From positions 220,412,001-220,476,000 of the forward strand of contig NC_086097.1 of NCBI RefSeq assembly GCF_963921235.1: a stretch of DNA of 64,000 nt, read 5' to 3'. The notes beneath the pieces were generated by a model that did not search any database, was not told the origin of the DNA, and worked only from the letters and a program-made list of their open reading frames with translations. Below are positions 24,320-38,426 of the stretch, piece after piece; position 1 is the stretch's first letter, and every line of letters begins with the position of its first letter. This DNA comes from Mobula hypostoma. Taxonomy: Eukaryota. Made by a program: the position numbers and the translations under genes.

Positions 24320-24615
24320 CACAGAGTGGACATGGAGAGGATGTTTCCTGTAGTGGGGGAGTGTAGGACCAGAGGGCACAGCCTCAGAGTAGAAGGAAGT
24401 CCCTTCAAACCAAAGAGGAGGAATTCTATAGGGTGGTAAATCTGGAATTCATTGCCACAGACAGCTGTGGAGACCACTATTAGGTTTATTTAAAACAGAG
24501 GTTGACAAATTCTTGATTAGAAAGGGCGCCAAAGGATAAGGGGAGAAGGCAGGAGAATAAATCAGCCATGATGGAATGGCAGAGCAGACTAATTCTGCTC
24601 CTATGTCTTATGGTT
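24320..24615 (+). mobile_element. CR1 3' end fragment
   Basis: MFPVVGECRTRGHSLRVEG-type terminus, tail ctatgtcttatgg. Confidence 0.75.
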
Positions 24616-24796
24616 TTCGTACATTGTAAACTCTGCAAAGAATATATTTCATTTACCTCTCCAGAAGAAAACAACAGCAACAACTTACACTAAGAGTTTT
24701 TTTTTAACCTATTTAAAAAAGTTCCATGATTCTTCAAGTTAGCAAACAAAATTTGGCCCAGCCACTAAAGAAAATGTTAAAGTGAGGAAAAAAGGA

Positions 24797-24800
<4 letters not shown>

Positions 24801-24836
<36 letters not shown>
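24801..24836. repeat. (GA)n microsatellite
   Basis: Directly visible. Confidence 0.95.
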
Positions 24837-24840
<4 letters not shown>

Positions 24841-25333
24841 AATAAAAATTTAGGGAGGGAAGTCCAACCACGAGCTCAGAGGGTGATAGAGACGGGAGGT
24901 CATCAATGGCCTATGCTCCACTGGCAACTAAGGGCCCAAGAAGAAAGGCAACTCCAGACCTTCAGCTCTAGGAAGCTAAAGGCAAGACTATACAAGGTGA
25001 TACAATTAATGTTGGGAATGTGGAAATGATGATTTAGAAAAGCTCAATGATCTTCGGTTTGCAGAGTTGAGACAGAGGAAGGAAATAGTGAAGGGAATTT
25101 AAAATAAGAGATGAATGCTTTTATTTTCCTGTAAATGCCTGCAAGAAAATGAGTCTCAGGGTAGCAGAGGCTGAGCTCCTCTACCACATTGCATGTGTTG
25201 CTCTAGATTTCCAGCATCTGCAGTACTTCTTCTGTCTTGGACTTTTTGTAGGTTAGTATGTGAAAAGTAATGTTTTGTATGAGTTCAGTTTGGTACAGGC
25301 TGAAAGATGGAAATGTGGCTGAGAGGGAAGTGG

Positions 25334-27183
25334 AAGCTTTTATAGATATGTGAAAAGAAAAAGATTGGTTAAGACAGATGTAGGTCCCCTACAGACAGAA
25401 ACAGGTGAATTGATTATGGGGAGCAAGGACATGGCAGACCAATTGAATAATTACTTTGGTTCTGTCTTCACTAAGGAGGACATAAATAATCTTCCGGAAA
25501 TAGTAGGGGACAGAGGGTCCAGTGAGATGGAGGAACTAAGGGAAATACATGTTAGTAGGGAAGTGGTGTTAGGTAAATTGAAGGGATTAAAGGCAGATAA
25601 ATCCCCAGGGCCAGATGGTCTGCATCCCAGAGTGCTTAAGGAAGTAGCCCAAGAAATAGCGGATGCATTAGTGATAATTTTTCAAAACTCTTTAGATTCT
25701 GGACTAGTTCCTGAGGATTGGAGGGTGGCTAATGTAACTCCACTTTTTAAAAAAGGAGGGAGAGAGAAACCGGGGAATTATAGGCCGGTTAGCCTAACGT
25801 TGGTGGTGGGGAAACTGCTGGAGTCAGTTATCAAGGATGTGATAACAGCACATTTGGAAAGCGGTGAAATCATCGGACAAAGTCAGCATGGATTTGTGAA
25901 AGGAAAATCATGTCTGACGAATCTCATAGAATTTTTCGAGGATGTAACTGGTAGAGTGGATAGGGGAGAACCAGTGGATGTGGTATATTTGGATTTTCAA
26001 AAGGCCTTTGACAAGGTCACACACAGGAGATTAGTGTGCAAACTTAAAGCACACGGTATTGGGGGTAAGGTATTGATGTGGATAGAGAATTGATTGGCAG
26101 ACAGGAAGCAAAGAGTGGGAATAAACGGGACCTTTTCAGAATGGCAGGCAGTGACTTAGTGGGGTACCGCAAGGCTCAGTGCTGAGACCCCAGTTGTTTA
26201 CAATATATATTAATGACTTGGATGAGGGAATTAAATGCAGCATCTCCAAGTTTGCGGATGACACGAAGCTGGGCGGCAGTGTTAGTTGTGAGGAGTATGC
26301 TAAGAGGATGCAGGGTGAATTGGATAGGTTAGGTGAGTGGGCAAATTCATGGCAGATGAAATTTAATGTGGATAAATGTGAAGTTATCCACTTTGGTGGC
26401 AAAAACAGCAAAACAGATTATTATCTGAATGGTGGCCAATTAGGAAAAGGGGAGGTGCAACGAGACCTGAGTGTCATTATACACCAGTCATTGAAAGTGG
26501 GCATGCAGGTACAGCAGGCGGTGGAAAAAGGCAAATGGTATGCTGGCATTTATAACAAGAGGATTCGAGTACAGGAGCAGGGAGGTACTACTGCAGTTGT
26601 ACAAGGCCTTGGTGAGACCACACCTGGAGTATTGTGTGCAGTTTTGGTCCCCTAATCTGAGGAAAGACATCCTTGCCATAGAGGGAGTACAAAGAAGGTT
26701 CACCAGATTGATTCCTGGGATGGCAGGACTTTCATACGATGAAAGACTGGATGAACTAGGCTTATACTCGTTGGAATTTAGAAGAGTGAGGGGGGATCTG
26801 ATTGAAACGTATAAAATCCTAAAGGGATTGGACAGGCTAGATGCAGGAAGATTGTTCCCGATGTTGGGGAAGTCCAGAACGAGGGGTCACAGTTTGAGGA
26901 TAAAGGGGAAGCCTTTTAGGACCGAGATTAGGAAAAACTTCTTCACACAGAGAGTGGTGAATCTGTGGAATTCTCTGCCACAGGAAACAGTTGAGGCCAG
27001 TTCATTGGCTATATTTAAGAGGGAGTTAGATATGGCCCTTGTGGCTAAAGGGATCAGGGGGTTATGGAGGGAAGGCTGGTGCGGAGTTCTGAGTTGGATG
27101 ATCAGCCATGATCATACTGAATGGCGGTGCAGGCTCGAAGAGCCGAATGGCCTACTCCTGCACCTATTTTCTATGTTTCTATG
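25334..27183 (+). mobile_element. Young 5'-truncated CR1 LINE (RT domain, 3'UTR, tail)
   Basis: ORFs 25350..26093, 26179..26655 and 26540..27193 join into CR1 ORF2 (PGNYRPVSLT, YLDFQKAFDKV, YINDL, SKFADDTK) with one nonsense codon and about three frameshifts. Tail ttctatgtttctatg. Confidence 0.95.
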
Positions 27184-27744
27184 GAATGGTTAGGTCCATG
27201 AGGGTATCAAAGACAGTTCAACTGAGGCACAGGCAGTGACTGATGTTGGTAACCAAGCAGAACCAACACTCCTGGTGGTTAGCACAAATCTGAATGGAAT
27301 TCAACACCAGATTACAAATAGTCTGGTTCAGCCACAGTGGTCTAGTATCCTGGTCAACAGAGAGGGATTGTGACATGGACCAAGGTCCAATCTTCTGAAC
27401 AATTAAGAGTATAAAACACTTGTCTCAGTAATATTTGTCAGTTAAATTAAAGTAAGAGCAGGGGAAGATTTGTCAGGTGATAGTGAAATAAAGTTACATC
27501 ACATCAGGACAAATGTGAAGCCTGACATATACAGACGATTTGCAAATAAACAGTTAAGGACAAAATATGCAGGGGCAGTACCATCCAAATGAATAGCATG
27601 GAGGACTAGGAGTTAGATCCCACGGTTGAGTGCATTAAAGATTCCAGATAGGTAGAGAAGATGAGGCAAGATTATGTATTTCCCTCTATAACTACAATTC
27701 TGGCAATATTAGGGACAGGAGTTCCAGTGGGAGATGGGGTTGTG

Positions 27745-28300
27745 TGACCGATAGGTTTGAGATCACTGCCCAGTATGGAAACACCAATGCCCGTCAACAG
27801 AAAATCCCGCAAAAAGTAGTCCATCATGGGTAAAGCTCTCCCTGCCTTTGAACACATCTACACGGAGCGTTGCCACAGGAGAGCAACATCCATCACCAGG
27901 GATCCCCACCACCTGGTCTCTTCACATCGCTGCATTCTGGAAGGCACCACCAGGTTCAGGGACAATTATTAGCCCTCAATCATCAGTTCCTGAACTAAAG
28001 AGGACACACATTCATGTGTCCCATCACTGAACTGTTCCCACAACCTATGGACTCAGTTTCAAGATGCTCGGCATCTCACATTCTCAATATTTATGGCTTA
28101 TTTAATTATATGTATTTCTTTCACTTTCTTTTTGCATTTGCACACTGGTTGTCTGCACTGTTGGTGAGGTCTTTCATTGATTCTATTATGGTTTTGAATT
28201 TATTATGGTTATGGATTTATTGGGTATGCTGGCAAGAAAATGAATCTCAGGGTAATATATGGTGACAAAATGTATTTTGATAGTAAACTTACTTTGAACT
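27745..28300 (+). mobile_element. Rex/Babar 3' fragment
   Basis: Similar to 18950-19550; tail actttgaact. Confidence 0.75.
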
Positions 28301-29351
28301 TAGGCAGTGACACATTTAAGGAGGTCAGGGAAGCACTGGAAGTTAACATGTGGCTTGGAAGGGAAGAGGGGCCATGGGTGGTTATTCTGTGCAGTGGTGT
28401 GAAGGCAGCAAATTAAAGTACAGTGAGGAAGGGATTGGGCAGTGAGTGATAGCAATACTGCTCAAGGAGGGGAAATGATTAACAATGATCATAAAGAGCA
28501 AATCACGACTTGATGAAGAAGGGCCAGCTGATGCTATAAGAATGGAAATATTAAACAGGACGCTTTCATTCAGGACAGAAGTCATCAGTAGCTGGTGACA
28601 TTTTGTTTGAAGCCACTATGTTGATGATCAATGATAAGGCTAAATGAAGGATCTTGGTCTCACGAACAGAGATCTCAGAGAAGACAGATCACACTTTTGT
28701 GACAGCATTGAGAGGAGTGAGAGAGATAGAAAGAAATGAGGCAAGATTCGCTCCCACTGCTGGTCCGGTGGATGAAAGAGGATGGAGCCATTAGATCTGC
28801 TGCTTCTGAGAACAGACTGGCCTAGAGGGAGGGATTCCTGGATTATCGATGGGTGGAATCAGTTTGATATGGTGATTGGACAATAAGGTCATCAAGGAGA
28901 GGTGACAGGATGTGACAGGGATTAGGGAGGCAAATACTCAATTGGTAGAAATGAAGGGTGATGTGATGACAGGAGGGGGAGAGTGAGCGCGAGACAGCAG
29001 GCAAGAGAGTGAGGGAGAGAGAGTGTGAGAAAAAGAGAACAAGAGCGAGAGAGAGAGAGCAAACTAGGTGAGGGAAACATAACAGGAAAAAAGGAAGCAG
29101 TAATGTAGACACAGCTGAGATAATGTCTGTTGTGAAATGCTCTGCTGATAATCACTCTTTTGATTCAGATATAACAGGTTAGTTCTTTAAGTGGAGAAGC
29201 GGAAAAACAAAAAACAAATACAGCTTACAGAACTTCCAGGCTTTGAAGTAAGGTAAGGAATTCTTTATCTTACTTGATCATATTCATAACCAGAAATATA
29301 AAGATTAAAAAAAGCATCAAGCTGCAACAACTCTAACACTGATGAACATAC

Positions 29352-29555
29352 CTGCACTGGCTGCCAAGCCTCCTTGACTACCCAGCACTGTTTGATTAGC
29401 CATCATTTGCTGTGACATCACAGCAAATGGACTGCTGTTTCGTATTGGTGGGAATGATCCTGCACTTGTCTGACCCTGCATGTGGATGTCCAGTCCTGCG
29501 TTTCGGCCTTGTTGTGGTCTGCCTGGCGGCACAGCTCGAGGATTATTGAAAGCAG
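29352..29555 (-). CDS. NCOA2: NCOA2 exon w4 (204 nt): AAFNNPRAVPPGR...GSFPPIRNSSPF...AASA
   Basis: ORF 29317..29532. Acceptor aaacag|CT, donor G|gtatgt, symmetric phase 1. FNNPR and FPPIRNSSP match NCOA2. Confidence 0.92.
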
Positions 29556-29952
29556 CTGTTTGAGTTAGAAGAAAACAAAATGTGCATTAGTGACAAACTG
29601 TGCTGTTAGACATTTACTCTCCAAAAGCCTTAAGAGCCTTTTGTCTTGATCATACAATGAATACAAGTTGTCCATTATTTGCTGACAAAATAGAGAGTAC
29701 ATGCAAATATTGTGGCAATTTCAGATAAAGACAGATTCACAGTGAAGGAAGACCTATGAACCACTATCTGAGGTGCAGGTTCTTTGGCATTCGCTCCCAG
29801 TTCACCACTGGAGTAAACTGATCAACATAAGGTTGCTGGGTTTTGCTGAACATTCAAAGTAAACCTGAAATATACCATTTCCTAAAATGTCTCCTCCACC
29901 CCCCTCTATAACATTCTATTAACCATAAACCAATACTGGAGAGTTAAGCACC

Positions 29953-30430
29953 TATAACCATATAACAATTACAGCACGGAAACAGGCCATCTCAGCCCTT
30001 CTAGTCCGTGCTGAACTCTTACCCTATCCTATTCCCACCGACCTGCACTCAGCTCATAACCCTCCATTCCTTTCCTGTCCATATATCTGTCCAATTTAAC
30101 TTTAAATGACAACATAGAACTTGTCTCAACCACTTCTGCTGGAAGCTCGTTCCACACAGCTACCACTCTCAACTCATATCCCCCCCATGTAAAGAAGTTC
30201 CCCCTCATGTTACCCCTAAACTTTTGCCCCCTAACTCTCAACTCATGTCCTCTTGTTTGAATCTTCCCCACTCTCAATGGAAAAAGTCTAACCATGTCAA
30301 CTCTATCAATCCCCCTCATAATTTTAAACACCTCTATCAAGTCTCCCCTCAACCTTCTACACTGCAAGGAATAAAGACCTAACATGTTCAACCTTTCTCT
30401 GTAACCTAGGAGATGAAACCCAGGCAACAT
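29953..30430 (-). mobile_element. CR1 3' end
   Basis: ORF 30029..30430 (LGLYSL..RRLRGDLIEVFKIMRG); tail ataaccatataac. Confidence 0.9.
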
Positions 30431-30990
30431 CTATGCTCTATCTGCTGCAAAATGAATTTCCCGGTAGCCGACCATTTTAATTCTTATTCCCATTCCCCCA
30501 TTCCTGTTCTGACATGTCAGTCTATGGCCTCTTCTTCAGCCATGATGAAGCCACTCTCAGGGTGGAGCAGCAAAACTTTGTATTCCATCTGGGTAGCCTC
30601 CAATTTGATGGCATGAACAATGATTTCTCCTTCCAATAATTGTCCTTTTTTTTCTTTTTGCCTCTTCTTTCATTCCCACTTGGCCTCTTACCTATTCTCC
30701 TCACCTGCCTATCACCTCCCATGGCGTCCCTCTGTCTTCCCTTTTTCTCATGGTCCACTCTTCCTTCCTATCAGATTCCTTCTTCTCCAGCCCTTTACCT
30801 CTCGCACTCACCTGACTTCACCTATCACCTTATATCCTGTCCTTATTCCCTCCCCCCCCCTTTTTTTATTCTGGCATCTTCCCCTTTCTTTTCTGGTCCT
30901 AAAGATGGGTTTCAATCTAAACTATCGACTGTTTATTTATTTTCATATATGCTGCCTGACCTGCTGAGTTCCTCCGGCATTTTGTGTGCA
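30431..30990 (+). mobile_element. Penelope-like element 3' part
   Basis: PVADHFNSYSHS (GIY-YIG C-terminal region), pyrimidine-rich UTR, end tgctgcctgacctgctgagttcctccggcattttgtgtg. Confidence 0.7.
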
Positions 30991-32286
30991 TTGATCAGTA
31001 TTTTTCATTGACAAGAGTTAATTTGTGTCCAAGTGCAATTGTCTGTGCAAGAAATTTGGCATTTTTAGTTGGTACATCATTGTTCATCCCGCTCTGCCAG
31101 AAATGGCAACTTTTCCTACATGAAAACCGTGAGTTCATCTTGAAAACAGAGCCCTGCAAAAGGCCTTGGGACATTGATGTCATGTGTATGTGCAGTTCTT
31201 GAAGTGTCAGGCTGCTACGGAATTCCCGCTGACCACAGTCCCATTGACTTCGGCCATTAATTTCTTCATCTTCCACAGCTCTGATGCAAGTTTCTGCACT
31301 CTCAGGGATGCATTTCATTTACTTTACAGCTACACTAGAAAGAGTAAGGCCCCATATGCGCTGTGGGGCGGGGAGACAATTTTCAAAACATTTGCAGCTA
31401 AATTACAGTAAAAACTGAAAAAAAAAGTTTTAAATTTCCACTAATTTTGAGAGCTGCTGAGTGGGAGGTCAGAAGCCCCCTGATTAAGGGTGCTTGACGA
31501 TCTTCTGAAATATGGGATTGACAGGTTGGACAGTCCAGCTCTTCATGGTAGACAGATACAGAGCTCCAGGTGCATCCATTCGTACTTTCAAACACAAAGA
31601 TAACACAATTCAAGAACCTGAGGGAATCTTGCTACATACAAGGTCTGATTTTTTTTCTGAAAGAACCTGCCCAATGTAGTCATGATGCCAACTAAGGTTA
31701 GGCCATTACTACAGGTGAAGATGGTGGGCCTGGGATGTAGCTGCTGATTTATTCTTGCAGTGATGTGTCTGGGGTGTAATGACTGGTCTCCATAGCTACA
31801 ACCCTTCTCTTTGCAGGTGTGACTCAAGCCAATGGAAGACCTTTTTCCTTTTCATCACTAACTAAAATTACCAAGGTTCTTTCATGGTACAAATTCTCAA
31901 ATGCAGCTCAAGGTCACGTCTGCCAACAATGCAATTTAGACTGAACTGCCAACTACCGCAGAAAAACAACTTGACAACGAAGTTATATGGTTAATATGAG
32001 CTGTTCACAAGCAAGTTTTTAATATATTTAATATTAAACAATTAACAAATCACTGTGCAAAACAGGTTCTCAGTTCATAAGGTTAGGATGTTTACAACAT
32101 TAACATTTTATACACTTATTATTAAACCAGGATTGAATGAGGTAAGCAATGGTAGTGAGGGTTAACCCGGGCCTTGTAGATGACAAGTTTGGCACTACTA
32201 CATCTGCATTGATCTACTGTGTATAGTCATAATGCAAAGTGGAGACACAGTCAATGTTAAAGTTTGCTTGGCCTCCATAATGTGGT

Positions 32287-34870
32287 AGAACACAGAGCAT
32301 AGAAATCTACAGCACAGTACAGGTCCTTTGACCCACAATGTTGTGCCAACCATGTAAGCTACTCTAGAAACTGCCTAGAATTTCCCTACCACATAGCCCT
32401 CCATTTTTCTAAGCTCCATGTACCTATCTAAGGGTCTCTTTAAAGACCCGACTGTCTACCATCATCACTGGCAGTGCATTCCACACCCCCTTATGTAGCC
32501 ATTTCAGCCCTGGGAAAAAAGCCTCTGGCTATCCACACAATCAATGCCTCCTCTCATCATTTTATACACATCTATAAGGTCACCTCTCATCTTCCGTCGA
32601 TCCAAGCAGAAAAGGCCAAGTTCACCCAGCCTATTCTCATAAGGCATGCCCCCTCCCCACCAATCCAGGCAACATCCTTGTAAATTTGCTCTGCAATCTC
32701 TCTATAGTATCCACATCCTTCTTGTAGTGAGGTGACCAGAACTGAACACAGTACTCCAAGTGGGGCCTGACCAAGGTCTTCTATAGCTGTAACATTACCT
32801 TACGGCTCTTGAACTCAATCCCACGGCTGATGAAGGCCATCACACCATGCACTTTCTGAACAACACTGTCAACCCGCGCAGCAGCTTTGAGTGTCCTATG
32901 GACACAGACCCCAAGATCTCCCTAATGCTCCATACTGCCAAGATTCTTGCCATTAATATTATACTCTGTCTTCAAATTTGACCTACCAAAACACCAGACT
33001 ATCCATAAAACCCCCAATTTTGTGTCACCAGCAAACTTACTAACCCACCCTTCTACTTCCTCATCCAGGTTATTTATGAAAATCACGAAGAGGAGGGGTC
33101 CCAGAACAGATCCCTATGGAACACCACTGGTCACTGACCTCCATGCAGAATATGAGCCATCTACAACCACCCTAAGCATTCTATAGTCAAGCCAATTCTG
33201 GATCCAAAAAGCAAGGTTTCCTTGGATCCCATGCCTCCTTACTTTCTGAATGAGCCTGGCATAGGGAACTTCATCAAATGCCTTGCTGAAATCCACATAC
33301 ACTACATCCACTGCTCTACCTTCATCAATGTGTTTTGTTACATCCTCAAGGTATTCAATCAGGCTCGTATGGCATAACCTGCCCTTGAGAAACCTATGCT
33401 GACTATCCCTAATCAGATTACATCTCTCCAAATGCTCATAAATCTTGCCTCTCAGAATCTTCTCCAACAACTTGCCCACTACCGAAGTAAGCCTCACTCG
33501 TCTATAATTTCCTGGGTTATCTCTACTCCGTTTCTTGAACAAATGAACAACATTTGCAACTTACCAATCCTCTGGTATTTCTCCTACTGATGATGCAAAG
33601 TTCATTGCTAGAGGCTCAGCAATCTCCTCCCTCACTTCCCACAGTAGCCTGGGGTATATCTCATCTGAATCCAGTGATTTATCTAACTTAATGCTTTTCA
33701 AAAGCTCCAGCACATCCTCTTTCTTAATGTCTATATGCTCAAGCTTTTCAGTCCGCTGCAAGTCATCTCCACAATTGCCAAGCTTCTTTCCCTGGTGAAT
33801 ACCGAAGCAAAGTATTCATTGAATACCTCTGCTACCTCCTCCAACTCCATGCACACATTTCTACCATCACACCTGGGTGACCCTATTCTCACATGACTTG
33901 CTCTTCACATACTTAAACAATGCTTTGGGGGTTTTCCTTAATCCTGCACACCAAGGCCTTCTCATAGCCCCTTCTAGCTCTCCTAATTTCATTCTTAAAC
34001 TCCTTTTTGGCAACCTTGTAATTTTCTCAAGCTCTAACTGTACATAGCTTCTTGAACCTTTCATAAGCTTTTCTTTTCTTAGCTAGATTTTCTACATCCT
34101 TTGTACACAATGCTTCTTTCACCCGACCATCCTTTCTCTGCCTCAATGAAACATACCAATGCAAAATGCCATGCAATTTCTGCTGTGCATTTTCCTGAGA
34201 ACATCTGCTCTTAATTAATGCTCACAAGTTTCTGACTAATAGCATCATATTTCCCCCTACCCTAATTAAATGTTTCCCCAAATTGTCTACTCCTATCCCT
34301 CTCCAGCACTATGGTGAAGGAGACAGAGTTGTGATCACTACCTCCAAAAAGCTCTCTCACTGAGAGATCTGACACCTGACCAGGTTTATTTACCAATACC
34401 AGATCAAGTGCAGTCTCCCCTCTTATCTACATATTGTGTCAGGAAACCTTCTTGAACACACCTAACAATCCCCTTGCTCTAAGGAGATGCCCGTCAATAC
34501 TAGGATAGTTAAAATCACTCGTCACAACAACTCTATTATTATTGTACTGTTCCAGAATCTGCCTCCCTATCCGCTCCTTGAGGGGGGGAGATCTATAAAA
34601 ACACCCATAGAGTTATTGACCCCTTCCTGTTTCTGACTTCCACCCACACTGACTCAGTAGACCATCCCTCCATGTTTTCCTCCTTTTCTGCAACTGTGAT
34701 ACCATCCCTGATTAGCAATGCCAAGCCCCCACCTCTTTTGCCTCCCTCCCTGTCCTTTTTGAAACATCTAAAGCCATTCCTACCCGAGACATCCAAGTGT
34801 GTGTAATGGCCACATCGTCACAGTTCCATGTATTGATCCATGCTCTAAGCTCATTTGCCTTGTTTATGAT
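32287..34870 (-). mobile_element. Long degraded CR1 ORF2 fragment (endonuclease to RT and 3'UTR)
   Basis: ORFs 34593..34796 (REGGKRGGGLALLIRD...ESVWVEVRNRKG), 33561..33761 and 33114..33542 (PGNYR, DFSKAFD, VTSGVP). Confidence 0.88.
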
Positions 34871-36309
34871 ACTCCCTTGCTGAGTCCCTCTAGGAATTTT
34901 CTAATTTTGCAAATGATCAGAGTCTGCTTTCACTCAGCGACTTTCTTATCTATGCTAGAAGTTATAGGTTCTGTTTCTAACATTATAGAATTTGGAGACC
35001 CTTCAGGACAATAGCAAGACATGCATCTGGATTGATATCTCTTTAGCTTCTCTTACTGATAGGAAAAAATTGAACAGCAACAAAATTTTCCGCTGTTCAT
35101 GTGATCAGTCAAGAAGCATAAATGCATTTCCAAGTTCACACCAAGGGGTATTGGTACCATAAAAAAAGAGAAGCAACTAGTTTAATGAGTTCACAACTCC
35201 AGCTTTCTGGCTGAGGCGTGAAGAACTAAGAATCACAGTCCCAGATAGAGATGAAGACAATTTAGGACCAAGACGAGGAGTGATCTAATGTTGGCTGCTG
35301 AACCTTTAGAATTCTCTAACCTGGACTGTTGTCAAAGTTCTTTCAGAACAGATCGATTACTGGGTCAAGTGTCATCTGGAGTCCGAACAGTGATGACTAG
35401 CCATGAATGGCTGGATAGTCCATCTCTGCTCCAAGTGCTCATACAAATTATCAGCAACAGTATTACATTAAATGAATAAATTCTAGTAATTTACCATTCA
35501 AAGGAAGGTTAGTGTACTTTTTTCTTACATATCCTTCAATTTTAATCTAGAAAGGGCTAAAAATGGATGAAACACAGCAAAAGTGTGGATGAAGTATGTT
35601 TGCAACATGTATGCAAGAAAGGAAGCACAGAAGAAATAATACCATTTACTAATCTTACAAAATTATTTGAGATTTTCAAAAGTTATATTATCAGTTTAAC
35701 ATGATTTTCAAGTGATACACATTTCACTGTATTTTTCAATGTACTTGTGACAAATAAAGATAATCTTTAGTCTTTATCTTAAAAGATTAAATAAGGTGTG
35801 ATAAATCAGCATTCCTACACCCATGAAGACAAATATACAACATAATTCAATTCTTCTAACGTTAGATTATAGAATGAATGAAAACATGATTAAACATTAA
35901 ATCTGATGCCATTTGTGATAGCAGTCACCAAGCTACATAGATTAACAATGGCAAGGTCAATGTGGAGGTGAAATCGATGACTGACTTAAGCCAACCTTCA
36001 GCTCTGAGGAAAATATAATCAGATGACTGATTGTGTTGCCTACATAACTTATGATGCAATCCATTAGGTAACATATTCATCAGAGCTGACTAAAACTCAA
36101 AGACCGGAAAGGAAAAGGAAGTTATTTACAAAACTCAGAGTAGTTGCAGTTCCTGCTCTGAACAGCAGATGGCGAGCACACTGTTCTAACAAACACATAA
36201 CAAGGACAAAAAAGAGAACTGTATGATCTCTCATCTTTCAACTACCTAAACCAAGCATACTGTAGCTTTCAATATATCTCCAACAGATTACTAGATCAAA
36301 CATTGGGGT

Positions 36310-36860
36310 AATTTATTGTAACTAGTGCTCCTGGTGTAGCCTCTCTCATCAGCGAGACCTAATGTAGATTGTTGGATTGCTTTGTCAAGCACTTTTGTTC
36401 CATCTGCTCTAACTCCCAGGATTTCACAGTGGCCAACCATTTTAAATTCCACTTTTCCCATTCCCACACCGTCCAGTCTGTCCATAGCCTCTTCTGGTGC
36501 TATGTTGAGGCTAGGCGCAGACAGGGGGAAACAACACCTCATACTTAATCTCCAATTTGATGACATCAACATCGATCTCACTAAGTTCCAGTATCCACTC
36601 TCCCAACCACCCCCCGCCCCTTTGTTTTCCCACAACTCTCTTGTCCCTTTACCCCTTCTCACTCCCTTCCCCAGTCCTCATTCACACCTTCCTCCCTTTG
36701 GTTCTCCACCTCTTTTCTTTTATTCTATGATCTACTGACCTCTCATCAGATTCCTATTCTTCCACCTATCATATACCAGCTTGAAACTTCATCCCCCTTC
36801 CCACCCTTGCCCCTCTCACCTGGATTCACCCATCAGCTCATGCTCTTCCTCCTTTTTAGT
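36310..36860 (+). mobile_element. Penelope-like element fragment
   Basis: Similar to 30431-30990 (gtggccaaccattttaaattccact; EHLILNL-type end). Confidence 0.65.
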
Positions 36861-38426
36861 CTAGAATTATTTTTGAAAGGACAGAAAAAGGGAAGAGGAA
36901 ATGATTTTTGTGAGGGAGGGCTGAGCAGAGGATTATATATTTAAATTAAATTACTACAAGGATGATGCAGTAGGTCATGATTTAACTTCAGAAATTCTGT
37001 ATTACCTGTATACTGGAAAGAAGGCTCCATTAGTGAAGTAGATAACAATGACCCCATGAAAACATAAGGAGGGGGAACAGGAGTTGGCCATTTGGCCCCT
37101 ATGCCTTCTCTGCCATTTAATGAGATCATGGCTTCTCTTCTGTTTCAACACCATTTTCCTATCCCTTGATCTTCTAATGTTCAGAAACATACTAACATTT
37201 GGTTTCAGTGTAACTAAATGACTGAACTTCCACACCCTGCCAGGACAGAGAATTCCAAGTTCTCAAGTGTCTCCTCATCTTACTCCTTCCCCTCACTCTG
37301 GAACTATGTGCTGCCACGAGCTGGCCGCTCCATTATCCCAGGGGCTCAGCTCAGCTCAGCTCAGGGGTTTGATCTCCATTTCCCACAATCCCATTCTCAG
37401 AGATAGACACTGCAGTGGAGGCAGCAGTGATTCAATGGAATATAGCACATAGCTGTTCAATTCCCACAACTCCGTCTGCAGCATCATGACAAAATTCATA
37501 TACAGCTTCAACACCTTGTATTAATTAACTTGCAGTCACTGAAATCTTAGTACAAATGTGTGGCAGGGAGTTGAACCCTGTTCGGAGGATTGCAGCACTG
37601 AGTTGCCTGGCCCACAAGCAAAATAAAATCAGGTAAGCAAAAGGACTGCAAAGAATGGGTTGCAATGTACTCCTTACTGTGCATGCAAACACTTTTGTTA
37701 GTTTGGAAATTTGACAAACCAAACACAACCCTATTTGAATATTAAAAACTATGCACTATGAATGTTGGAAGTCTAAAATCAACAGAAAATGATAAAACAC
37801 CACATTTGCTGAGCAGGAAACTTAAACTTTTTTTATATCAACGTTTTAAATTGACACGAAACATTAACACTGGTTCTATCTCCAAACCTGCCGCATGCCT
37901 TGCTGAGTACTTTTTGATTTTTCTTTTGCTTTAAATGGTTTTGGCATGGACTAGACGGGCTGGAAGGCCAGTCCCTGTGCCGTACCCCTCTCTGATGCTA
38001 AGACTCTAAGTGTTGGAAGTTACTTTTGGAACCAAGTCAAGGTTGGCTAAAGCGAATGCAGGAGACTGTAGCAGCAGTGGGTGAAGAGGTTAGGAATGCC
38101 AAGTACCCCATCTCACTAAGATCGGCACTTCACCTTCCCTTCTTTAATCCATAGGCAGGGAACACAGCGTCAGAGCTGTATATCAATGAACAGAACCATG
38201 TAATCCCTACCTTCACCTTGGTTGTTGATCAAAGCTGGGTGCATTATTAAAAGTGAAGCTGGATCTGAGTACGTAAAGTAAACCAATGAAGATCACTCTG
38301 TTCCAGCAGTTCACTTGTGGCTTTCCATTTTACAGGACTACACTAACTATAGATTATGAAACTGCACATTTTCAAGTCCAAAACGGCATATATCAAAGCA
38401 ATGTAAATCACATATGAAGCTCTTAC

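Larger units (their letters stand above)
24690..28950 (-). mobile_element. Highly decayed L2-type LINE, split by younger CR1 and Rex insertions
   Basis: Minus-strand remnant near 27480-27530 reads VRLHICPDVM*LYFTIT (cf. FHMYADDTQLY). A DLSAAFDT-like remnant lies near 28390-28440. The plus strand is purine-rich throughout. Confidence 0.4.

Noticed and set aside
25350..27193. RT ORFs as a domesticated gene or retron/DGR-like system
   Set aside because: Ordinary 5'-truncated CR1 ORF2 with a stop, frameshifts and the family tail.
30995..31318. 107-aa minus-strand ORF in unique-looking intron sequence
   Set aside because: No recognisable domain, and the upstream acceptor gives an immediate stop in the required phase.
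37344..37363. (GCTCA)4 pentamer run
   Set aside because: Short simple repeat with no supporting context.
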